Shown here in pieces: positions 50,795 through 64,000 of a stretch of 64,000 nt of DNA. The notes below the pieces were generated by a model, which saw only the letters and a program-made list of their open reading frames with translations, did no database searches and had not been told where the DNA came from. This DNA comes from the human T2T-CHM13v2.0 reference genome, Homo sapiens. The DNA lies in NCBI RefSeq assembly GCF_009914755.1, contig NC_060933.1; one strand, given 5' to 3'. The stretch's first letter is position 1. The number at the start of each line of letters is the position of its first letter. Made by a program: the position numbers and the translations under genes.

Positions 50795-51500
50795 ATTTTT
50801 ATTTTTATTTTTTTTAAATTTTACATTCAGAGGGTACATATGCATGTTTTTTTACATGGGTATGTTGTGAAATAGTGGGCATTGGGCTTCTAGTGTACTT
50901 GAAACTGGCCCAATTTTCTGATAGAGCTGATACTTTTCGTTTCTTTTGAATAAACATAGAAGTTTACTATCCTAAGTCTTAAAACTTGAGAAACTTGGAT
51001 TTGTCTTATCTGAGTTCCTTTCTTAGGAAATCAACCATCAGGCCTCCCAAATAGTATCAAGGAACTGAAGCTTACCAGATCACCACATTTGGACAGTGAG
51101 ACACCAGACCCCTCACTCATCATGACTGCATAACCAGCTACCTGCTTCTTGTTAACTAACTCCTCTTTCTTTCCACTCCCTAATTCCTGTTTTCTCAAAC
51201 ATGGTTACATTTATTCCCAACTACATTAACCCTTAATTTTAGTTCGTTGAAGAGATGGATTTGAGTCTGATCTCACTTCTCGGCTGCAGCACTTTAATAA
51301 AGCCTCCATTCCAGGAAACACTCATTGTCTAGATGATTTGCTTTCTCTCCAGTGAGCAATGGGACCTAGACTGAACTCTGGCATTTTGGTAACATACCCA
51401 TCACCCAAATAGTGAACATCGTATCCAATAGGTAATCTTTCAACCTTTTCTCCCTCTCACCCTCCCTGCTTTTGGAATCCCCACAGCTTATTGTTTCCAA
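50795..51500 (-). mobile_element. Short L1 3'-end fragment (L1PA16/17 or L1PB age) split by an LTR
   Basis: TTCAGAGGGTACATATGCA...GGGCTTCTAGTG, resuming after the LTR as TACCCATCACCCAAATAGTGAACAT. Confidence 0.8.
50900..51394 (+). mobile_element. ERV1 solo LTR, MER66-like
   Basis: TG...CA ends (TGAAACTGGCCCAATT ... GGTAACA), AATAAA near 51296, 4-bp TSD TACT / TACC. Confidence 0.8.
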
Positions 51501-53194
51501 AATGTAGTAAAAGTATAAATAGTGAGTTTGATTAATTCTCTTACTACTTATTTTTATTTAGATTTGTATAGTTACTATCATTGCATTTTAAGCTGTTTAA
51601 TTATAGAAACAAAATTATCATTAACTCTTGCCTAATTTTCATCTCCTGTGACTATATATTGCTCTGTGTTTAAAATTAAGGCCTTTCTATGAGTCGCCTG
51701 AAGTCTAACACAGCATGAGACACATTTATTGGTATGTTTTATTGCTTGAATTTATGAAAGTTTCTGTTATTCCTGCTTGGTTTAGTTCTTAAGTCTGATC
51801 ACCTTAACATTGGAGAGTCTATCAAATTCCATCTGTTAGTTGATTTCCACCCCGGGAATCACATTATCCAGTCAAATATAAAATCCATCTGCAGTAAACA
51901 TGAGTTTTTAGCAATGAGTACCTTTTTATTTATTTATTTTCTTCCTTAACCATGATTATTCCTCCAGTGTTTTGTGTCCTTTCTTACCCAGGTCTTAAAG
52001 GTACAGCAAAAAGTGACTTATGCTCCTCAATTCCCTAGGCTTAACCTTATGGGATGTTAATTAAGCATGTCCAATGCAGGCGTCTAGAGCATTGTGCATG
52101 AAACCTCATGTGCTCATTTTGCATATTTTAGGGTAGGGTTGTAAAGTACAGAATAATTGAAGTTTCTTGTGAGACAATTGAATTCTGGTTATTCTTAAAG
52201 GTATTTTCCATATTTACAAATATTACTGGCTACAGAGATCTCCTGCCCCAATGGCTAAGCTCTGGTTCTTGTATTCCCTTTTGTGGTTTTCCTCATGATC
52301 TGTATAGTTTTGATCTTAAAATACAGCAATATAGTTTAATAAGCTGTAGAAATGTACCAGGTAATCATCAATATAACAGCTGAAACTTTTCTAGTATGAG
52401 AGAATACCATCACTCTTCCAATAAAACAAAAGCCAAAGAAAAGATGCAACTCTTAAAACTTTGCAATAAAACAAATAACAAATACTTTATCCTTAAGATA
52501 TGGAAAATGTATAATGAATTTGCTTGAATCCCTCCTAGGCATAAACAAGATGGTATTTTATAAGGCTAAGAGCCAAAAACCAATATGCAAACTGATTGTT
52601 TGAGTCAGAGGAGTCCATTACTCAAGTGTAAGAATATAACATTTATCACTAATACATAAATGGGTGAGAGCAATATAAATTTAAGTAGCTATATCAGAAT
52701 TCATACTGGAAAACAAATACCCGAAAGACAAAGACTTTTTCTGTCTCTACAGGACAGTTTAGAGTTGATTTCCAAATTCCTGATTTTTGAGAACGATCCT
52801 CTCTTCCATCTTTTTGCCTTTTTCTATGCCCCAAACCCAATGCGTTCTGGATCTAGAAAAGGCACCAAACATTTAATGTGAGATTTTGCTTAATGAAAGA
52901 CCATTTAAGCTGTCATTTCTTGCTGGTGACAGTATTGTTACACCTATGTCAGGGGTGGGGGAAGTGGCGATTTGCTTCCATGGAAATCAAGACAGAATGC
53001 TATTGGTAGGGAGGTGGGTATTAGCCATGTGCTGGATCTTGGTGGGTTTCTCCTAATACACCCAATCGGCCACAACCATTGCAATACATATCAGCCACAG
53101 TGACCACAAATTGTGCTTATTTTTTGCCAGAGATTTCACAAAAATATTTAATTCCATAGCATTGTATGAATCACACTACAATATAAAATCTAGT

Positions 53195-53499
53195 AGCCAG
53201 GTGTGATGGTTCACACCTATAATACCAGCACTTTGGAAGCTGAGATGAATGGATCTCTTGATCCCAGGAGTTCCTGACCAGCCTGGCCAACATGGCAAAA
53301 CCTCCTCTATATAAAAAAATACAAAAATTAGCTAGGCATGGTGGCAGGTGCCCATAGTCCCATCTACTTAAGAGGCTGAGGTGGGAGGATTGCTTGGGCC
53401 TAGGAGGTTGAGGCTGCAGTGAGCTGTGATTGTGTCACTCTACTTCAGACTGGGCAACAGAGTGACACCCTGTCTGTAAATAAGTAAGTAAATAATAAA
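53195..53499 (+). mobile_element. AluJ, full length
   Basis: Dimeric Alu with GAGGTGGGAGGATTGCTTG; TSD ATAAAATCTAG at 53183-53193 and 53500-53510. Confidence 0.93.
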
Positions 53500-53529
53500 A
53501 TAAAATCTAGCTTATCTTCTTCCCAGATC

Positions 53530-55990
<2,461 letters not shown>

Positions 55991-56194
55991 GGCACACTGA
56001 CAGGTTTATTCTCAAGGCTTAGTGTGTCTATTTAAACCTATGATTTTTAATCATTTTGATCAGGGCAAATTCTCATGTGTATGTAGAGTAAAATATCTCC
56101 ATAAAGGGGTTACATCAAAATCTCACAGGGAAACTGTACCATTCAATCCTTCATCAAATATTTATATGTGACTTTAGCATTATAGCTTTAGATG

Positions 56195-56475
56195 ACTAAG
56201 AGCTACATTTGTGGTCATAAAGCACTTGAAATGTTTGGCCCAAATTGGGATATGCTTATCACATACAATATATAACAGATTTTGAAGACTTAGTATGAAA
56301 AGAATATATGAAATATCTCATTAACATCCTAAAATATTATGTATAAGTTGAAATGCTAATGGATATATGTTAAATAAATATTATATATTATTAAATTCAT
56401 GTGCTTTTTACTTTTGTAAATGCAGCTATTAGAAAATTTAAATTATGTATGTGACTTGCATTATCTTTGGATAGT
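56195..56475. mobile_element. MER33-like hAT-Charlie MITE
   Basis: AGCACTTGAAATGT...GATTTTGAAGACTTAGTATGAAAA...AAATATCTCATTAA...GCTATTAGAAAATTTAAATTA. Confidence 0.75.
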
Positions 56476-59359
56476 TCTCATTTAGAAATAATCTGAAACT
56501 GTTGTCTTCTAGGAGCAATGATTTTAAGGATAAAGCTGGCAATGTTCCCCAGAGAACAGCCTTAAATCAAAAGGGCTCACTGGGTCTCACATGACCGATG
56601 TACTTGGGTTCCAGAAAGCCTCTGTGGTTAAAAACCCATCTACTGAGCTTGAGACAGAGGCTTTCTACTTAGAGTTGGTTTATAGTAACAATACTTCCTA
56701 TTTCAAATAATAATGTGCAATAAAAAAGACCACATGATTAACTGATGACAGATGAAAAGGCCTATTGAGTGCTGGCAACTAATTTGAGCATATACATTCT
56801 ACAATATATATTACGGTGGATGTGCAGTAGAGAAAAATACAAAGTTGGTGCTTTCTAACAGTTCAAGGTGGGTATGTTTCTTCTTGAAGTTTTTAAAATG
56901 CCTGAATCTCTGCCTGGGCTTCCTAAGGGAAGTGTCTGTTCTTATTATGCTTATATATTATATGCAAATTGACTTGCTTATTTTGTATATAATGAAAAAT
57001 CAAATGCAGTCATGGCATATGTCCAATGAGGGGTCAGAATACCGTAAGTTCATAAAACCATTCAATCAGGAATCATTCTCAGGCTATGGGGAACATTATT
57101 TGGATGTAGGCAGAAGAAAGGAGGTTTTTGCTTTGCCTGATTGTTACTTCTAGTAAAAGAAAATGAATACTGGGGTGGATGAACTCCCAGAGGACAGAAA
57201 TGGTAGAGAATAAAGAGGAGGCTTTTATCTCAAGTGCATACCTTTGCAGAAGCTGTAATAAAGTGCCAGTGGTGGCCAGGCTGTCAGGTCACAGTGGGTT
57301 GAATGAACTAGTGGTGTTAATAGTGGATGTGTAATATGATGAGGCTTTTTAACTGCATGGGATATTAGATTTATATTTGTATGGTCACTTCTAGGATTTT
57401 CTCTCTTTATATTTGCAGCATTTTTGTAGATGTTTCTCATATTCACATTTGGCTGTTTCTGAAACCTACCATCTTCATCTTGAAGTACTGGAAACAGCAA
57501 GATACCACCTATTGGAAGAAGTTTCATTGATTTCCAAGATGTTATATTTTGTACAGTTTCAAAAGTCAATATCACATTAAAGAATAAATAATATTGTTAT
57601 TTAGCAGAAACTTTGAATTCTTTAAATGCCTTAAATACAAAGTATTTTATTAATTAGAATTGGAAAAATAGAATTTTAGTCAACTGATAGAGTTGGAATA
57701 GAAGGGTTTTCTAACAGTATACACTTAGTAAAAGGGGGAATAAACATTTTGAAATAAAGGCAGCTGTCCTCTTTTCCAATGGCATGGCTCCATTTTGATT
57801 GGACTGAAGTATATGGTACCAAACTTCCAATTCAAGTGAAGAAATCTACATTCTCTACTACCTTAATAAATTGCCATATGGATTGTTTTGGTATTCAGGG
57901 GATAGGAATTGGAAATCAGTGTAACAAGAGCCTCCTTCATCATTTGTCTGGAGGGACACGAATCAATGTGAAGCTGCCATGCTGTCTCAAATGCTAACTT
58001 ATTAAGTTCATATGGGGAGGTTTAAAATCAGGCAAGATAAAACTACAGATTTAACATGAATAGGCTTATTCTTCAATCATAAATGATTGGTGGGATGGAA
58101 ACTTAGACTGTAGTATCTGGATCTTTTCCTCACAAATGTTTTATAGACCAGAATTCCAATGGGTGCAGCCATCTATCAATTTCCATGGGAAATATCAGGT
58201 TGTAACATGCAGGTCTTGGGGTCTAACAGAACTGATAAATCTGTAAAATGTAAAGCATTAAGTACTTTGTTCTTCAGTGTCTCTGCATTTTGTATCCTTC
58301 CTTGGTCCTATAGTTGCAAAATAATGTATCATTTTCCCAGACATATTTTAATTCACAATTTGACTACATTTGTGTGCATCTATATGTATCTATCTATAAA
58401 TACCAACATATACATATATATGGACACACATTTGATATTTCTATGAATGAAGGCCAAAGGAAACAACTGGATATTTCTTCTAGCTGAACTTATTATACTG
58501 TCAACAGTGACAATAGCAATAGGAGAATTTCTCATGGAACAACCTACAAAGCGATCATATTTCATTGGTGACTTAATAAGAATCACAATCCTTCAATTAT
58601 AAATAATAAATCAAATTGTTGACATTTTACCAAAATCAATACTCTTCTCATTTCAAATAAAAAAATGCTCCCTGAATGAACATTAAAGAATTTATTGCTT
58701 AAATAGAAGTGAGTCACTATAAAATAGAAATGTCAAAATTGCTATATTTTAAAATTATTCCTATTTATTATGTTTTTGTATTCCTGATCAAGTTTTCTAA
58801 TCTTACTATATTTTGATTTTTAAATTTCATTATAGGAGATGTATTGCTCTCATGTACTTATTTTGAACAATTCAATGCATTTCAGTTACTTTATTTTTCT
58901 TTACACAAACTTTTAGGCTAATTAGAATGCACTTTAGGCATTCACCCCCATTATATTTCATGCAAAAATGCAATTTATATAGGCAGCATTGCAGCATTCA
59001 TACTTCTATTTTTATACATTTAAATGGTCACATTTCATGTTTTGAAGGGATAAGTATATCTTGAGGATTACATTTTAATGATTTTTTTAACTACAGTTTA
59101 CTCCTCAAATCCTGTTTCCTATAAATGAAAAACACATTGCAATTACCAGAAAATTCCATTTATAAAATATAGACCATTACCTACTTATGTATCAAATATT
59201 TTAAGTGTCTAAGTGGTATATTGACAGATATAAGATGGTGATCTATGCCAATATTTTAAATTTTCTATTCTACCTTATCATTTTAATTACAAAAGGACGT
59301 GTCTCATTTACAAGTTAAATAATACATGAGCATGATAATCTACCCCTACTCCAATCTTT

Positions 59360-59668
59360 TTTTTTTTTTTTTCTTTTTTTGAGACGGAGTCTTGCTCTGT
59401 CGCCCAGGCCGGACTGCGGACCGCAGTGGCGCAATCTCGGCTCACTGAAAGCTCCGCTTCCCGGGTTCACGCCATTCTCCTGCCTCAGCCTCCCGAGTAG
59501 CTGGGACTACAGGCGCCCGCCACCGCGCCCGGCTAATTTTTTGTATTTTTAGTAGAGACGGGGTTTCACCTTGTTAGCCAGGATGGTCTCGATCTCCTGA
59601 CCTCATGATCCACCCGCCTCGGCCTCCCAAAGTGCTGGGATTACAGGCGTGAGCCACCACGCCCGGCC
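59360..59668 (-). mobile_element. AluYb8, full length
   Basis: Yb 7-bp duplication present; 4 differences from the copy at 260-575; TSD CCCTACTCCAATCTTT at 59344-59359 and 59669-59684. Confidence 0.96.
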
Positions 59669-59989
59669 CCCTACTCCAATCTTTAGGCACTTGCAATCTC
59701 ACATACTTGAGGGAACCAACGTAAGCTGTTCAGTTTGCAGCCAACCTCAAGTTTCTACAGCATTTGAGGGAAAAAAATAGGCTAAAATAATGATTCACAA
59801 AGTTGAATAATGCTTGCTGTGACCAGTTATCACTATAAAGCAGGTGTGTAAAACATCATTTTACACACTCCTGAAAAACAACTCAATTTTAATCTATTAG
59901 AGTTTTGCTTTTTAAGTTCCCTTAATCGGCATAAAATCCTAACAATTTAAAACTGAAATAAAACATTTCAACTCATCTTATCCATTTTC

Positions 59990-62125
59990 TTACTTTTATT
60001 CTCTTATTTTTAGTTGACATATTAATTGCACAGATTTAAGGGATGCAGTGATATATTATTACATGTATACAAGGTGTAATAATCAAATCAGGATAATTAG
60101 CATATCCACACCTCATATATTTATTATTTCTTTGTGTTGTTAACACTTAAAATCCTTTTCTAGATTTTTGAAAATATATATGAAATTATTGTTAATGAAC
60201 TCTACATTACTACAGAACATTAAAATTTATTCCTCCAATCTAGTTGTAACTTTATACCTGTTAACCAATGTATCCTTATCTTCCCCTCTCCCTACACTTC
60301 CCACCTTCTAATATCCACAATTCTACTCTCTACTTCTGAGAGATGATTTTTAGTTCTCACATATAACTGAGAACACATGAATGAAAACATGCAATATGCC
60401 TTTCTGTGCCTGACTTATTTCACTTAACATAATGTCCTCCAGGTTTACGCATGTTGTATTGAGTGACAGGATTTTATTCTTTTTTATGTCTAAATGGTAT
60501 TCCATTGTGCATATATAACACATACTTCTAGGCATCTGTTGATGAACATTTAGGTTGATTCCATATCTTGTCTATTGCGAATAAAACTGCAATAAACGTG
60601 GAGGTGCAGGTATCTCTTTGATATATTGATTTTCTTTCTTTGGAAAAATACCCAGGAGTGAGATTGCTGGAGTGCATGGTATAATAGTTCTATTTTTAGT
60701 TATCTAAGAAACCCCCATCCTGTTTTTCACAACTGCTGTACTAATTTACATTCCCACTAACAGTGTGTAAGAGTTCCCTTTCCTTCACAACTTTGTCAGC
60801 ATTTGTTAGCACTTCATTCTCTTGATGATGGCCATTCCAACAGGGGTGACATACTTCATCACTGTGGTTTTTATTTTCATTTGATGATTAATGAGATTGA
60901 GCATTTTTTCAAATATCTGTTGGTCATGTGTATGGGTTTATTTGAAAAATGGATATTCAGACTTTTTGTCCGTTTTAAAATCTTTTTTTTTTTTTTGCTG
61001 TTAAGTTTTTAAATTTCTTATATATTCTGGATATTTAGTCCTTTGTCAGATGGGTAGTTTGCAATATTTTCTCTTAACCTACAGGTTTTCTCTTTACTAC
61101 ATTGTTTTGCTTTACGGAAGCTTTTTTGTTTGATATAGTCCATTTGTCTATTTTTGTTTTCTTTGCCTGTGATTTTGAAGTCTTATCTATAAAATCTATT
61201 AGATGAACGTCCTGAAGTGTTTCCCCTATATTTACTTCTAGTGGTTTTATAGACTTGGGTCTTAGTTTAAGTCTTTATGCATTTTCAGTTGATTTTTGTA
61301 GATGGTGAGAGATAGGGGTTTAATTTCATTCTGCTGCATATGGATATCCAGTTTTCCAGCACCATTTATTGAAGATTGTCCTTTCCCTAACGTATCTTCT
61401 TGGTACCTCTATAGAAAATCAGGTGGCTGCAATAGGTAAATTAATTTCTGATTTCTGTATTCTTTTCCATTGGTCTATTTTTCTGTTTTTATACCAATAT
61501 CATGCCGTATTGATTATGATAGCTTTATAGTACATTTTGAAGTCGGGTCCAGCTTTATTCTTTTTACACAGTATTGCTTTGGCTATTCAAGGACCTTTGT
61601 GGTCCCATATATATTTTAGAATTTTTAAAAAATTTCAGTGAAGAATTCCATTGGTGTTTTGATAGGGATTGTATTAAATCTATAGATTGCTTTGGTCGTT
61701 ACGGTAATTTTAAAAATATTAATTCTTCTAGCCCATCAGTACAGGATATCATTTCATTTGTTTGTGTTCTCTTCAATTTATTTCATCAGTGTCCTGTGAT
61801 TTTCATTGTAGACATATTTTGCTTCATTAGTTAAATCTATTCCTAGGGTTTTTTTTGTAGCTATTATAAATGAGATTACTATCTTGATTTCTTTTTCAAA
61901 TAGTTTGTTATTGGTGTATAGAATTTCTACTAATTTTATGTTAATTTTGTATCTTGCAACTTTACTGAATTAATTTATCAATTCTAGGACTTTTTGTTGG
62001 AGTTTTTATAGATTTTTACATATGTAAGATTATGTGGTTTGCAAAGAGAGGCAATTGGATTCCTTTTTTCCAATGTGGATACCCTTTCTTTCTTTCTCTG
62101 GCCTAACTTCTCTAGCTGGAACCTC
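59990..62125 (-). mobile_element. 5'-truncated L1MA3/4-like element (about 2.1 kb)
   Basis: 3' end TACATGTATACAAGGTGTAATAATCAAATCAGGATAATTAGCATATCCA; antisense ORF2 text through TCTCTAGCTGGAACCTC. Confidence 0.88.
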
Positions 62126-62854
62126 TGTTTTCTCAAGTTTTTACTTTTTTAAGGAGGAAAACAGACCAGCCAATGTAGATGAAGTACAGGCTTTTAAAAA
62201 TAAAGAATCCTGCTAGAAGAGTGCACGATCACTCTAACTATAGCCAGGGGTGATACATACTACCAACTGAAGTCAGGCAATGGTTCTCTTAACATAGTTT
62301 CTAAATATTTCTATTATACAATACTACTTATGTTTACTATTTTACTTTCTCAACATCCACAGCAAATAGCAATAGCTAATATATTACGAAATCTGCAATT
62401 ATGTAGGGTTGACTCTCAGAATATTTAACAAGCATATGACATGTACAGCAACCATCCAAAACCAATACTAGAATGTCATTAACCAATAAAAGGGATAACC
62501 ATAAACAACCTGTATAGCCTCACTCTTTTTACATATAACCCTATGGCACTAACAGCTGTTATGGAAGATTTTGAGTAAAACATTGCATTAGCTGTGACAT
62601 TTTCCATCAGGAGAAATCGAACCTAAAAAAGATGAAGCAAAGATAGATTTTATCAGCTCATAAATCCATGATTGTGCTAGTTTCTTATGTCACTGATCCA
62701 TGGATCAATCAATGTCATCAGGACTCAAAACTCTCTTTTTTCTGTCACCCTTGCTCTTCTCTGTGTTGGATTCATGCTCAGACAGTGTCTTACGAAATGG
62801 TAGGGATCATGTCACCTCATTTTCACTACAGATGTCCCTGACTAGATAGCTTCC

Positions 62855-63035
62855 AGTTAAATAATTCCTGAATGTTGATTTTCATTAGACTATCTGCATG
62901 TTTATTGAAAATGCCCATTCTAACATTCCACAGAGATTTGAGGTCACTAAGTCTTGTGTGTGACTTGGCAATCTGAAGTTTCAGCACATATTCCAGGTTC
63001 TTCTGATGCAGATGGACTAAGATCACACAGCTCTA
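62855..63035. mobile_element. MER5-like MITE
   Basis: CATTAGACTATCTGC...TGAAAATGC...CCAGGTTCTTCTGATGCAG...GATCACAC. Confidence 0.5.
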
Positions 63036-63892
63036 GAAATAGGCTTTGGCCTATGTTATATATAAACTGCTACCTCCGCAGTGGTAGTTTCACACATTGT
63101 AGGGATTATCATCACTTCTTAAATTAAAATCTTAGGTAGAACTCCACTACATTAAAAAAAGAAAAGAAAAGTCTCATAGACTGTACATTATATCTACTGA
63201 TATATTAAAAGGGCCATTTATGAATATGAGAATTGAAGTTGAGAATCCAAAAATTCATAATCTTTCATCTTTTGGTGAGAAAACAGGCGTACTGATATGT
63301 CTGCCTCAATGTTGCATAGTGAGCTAGGTATCAGAACAGAATCCCTCAGTTCAGCCGGCTGACTCCTAGTGTGTCTATCTCTTCTTGATGTATAAACTCC
63401 TGCCATATATATTTTTTACTGGATTTTGAGGAAATAGATGATTAGCAAGCAAATATTTCTATTCACTCTGCCCATTTTCTTTTTAAATTGTGAATTACAT
63501 GGTGTGAACAAATCTAGCCAGGGGCCTATTCTCAGAAGAGAAACAATATATAAGGAATATATAAACAAACAGGATAATTGAGGATTATAACAGATTTTGT
63601 AAGGACAATGAATAGTGATGTGTTACGGGGATAATCAAGGGTAGGAAATACTTAAGTAGCTTTCATGTCAGTTTACACATTTGTCTTCTTAGCTTGACAG
63701 AAAACTCATTGATGTCAAGGACCAGAACATCTTTATGTTTGGTTCCTTCACTGCTAGCATGTGGCCTCTATAATATAACTTATGTTTATAAATGTTGAAT
63801 TTTACCTATGTATAACTCCTCTGCTCATACTAATGAGTATACAGATAGAAATCTGAAATTTTACATAAGAAACCTAATAAACAAAGCACTGA

Positions 63893-64000
63893 TTTTTATT
63901 TTTTATTTTTTATTTTTTTGCGATGGATTTTTCTCTTGTTGCCCAGGCTGGAGGGCGATGGCACCATCTTGGCTCACCGCAACCTCCACCTCCTGGGTTC
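63893..64000 (-). mobile_element. AluSp/Sq 3' part, cut by the window edge
   Basis: T-rich tail, then CTCTTGTTGCCCAGGCTGGAG...GCAACCTCCACCTCCTGGGTTC. Confidence 0.9.

Noticed and set aside
57225-57575. 116-aa minus-strand ORF as a host exon
   Set aside because: No recognisable homology, no convincing splice-site pair, and length within chance expectation.

Overview
Human, AT-rich, transposon-dense DNA with no convincing host protein-coding exon. Two human-specific AluYb8 insertions identify the species. The 3' flank of a near-perfect 7SL copy at 29.2-29.5 kb matches my recollection of RN7SL5P, which would place the whole window in a large 5'-UTR intron of PTPRD (chr9p, minus strand). That locus call is from memory and needs a BLAT check. 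Main contents: a full-length but dead L1PA5-like LINE-1 (13089-19254) with a 13-bp target-site duplication (TSD), several older L1 fragments, seven Alus, ERVL, MaLR and ERV1 LTRs, MIR and L2 relics, and small DNA-transposon relics (MER91A, MADE1, MER63A, MER33 and others). The best leads are: (1) a very young, tail-less, 3'-truncated RN7SL1 retrocopy that keeps the SRP S-domain and has a nearby Pol III terminator; (2) an open, C-terminally extended antisense ORF0 in the L1 5'UTR with both splice donors; (3) a consensus-like AluYb8 with source-element features, and its co-oriented twin 59 kb away; (4) an apparently internally deleted or spliced L1PB; (5) a 162-bp dispersed duplication. I do not see a clearly new biological system. 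Repeat subfamily names come from remembered consensus sequences, and boundaries of old repeats are approximate.
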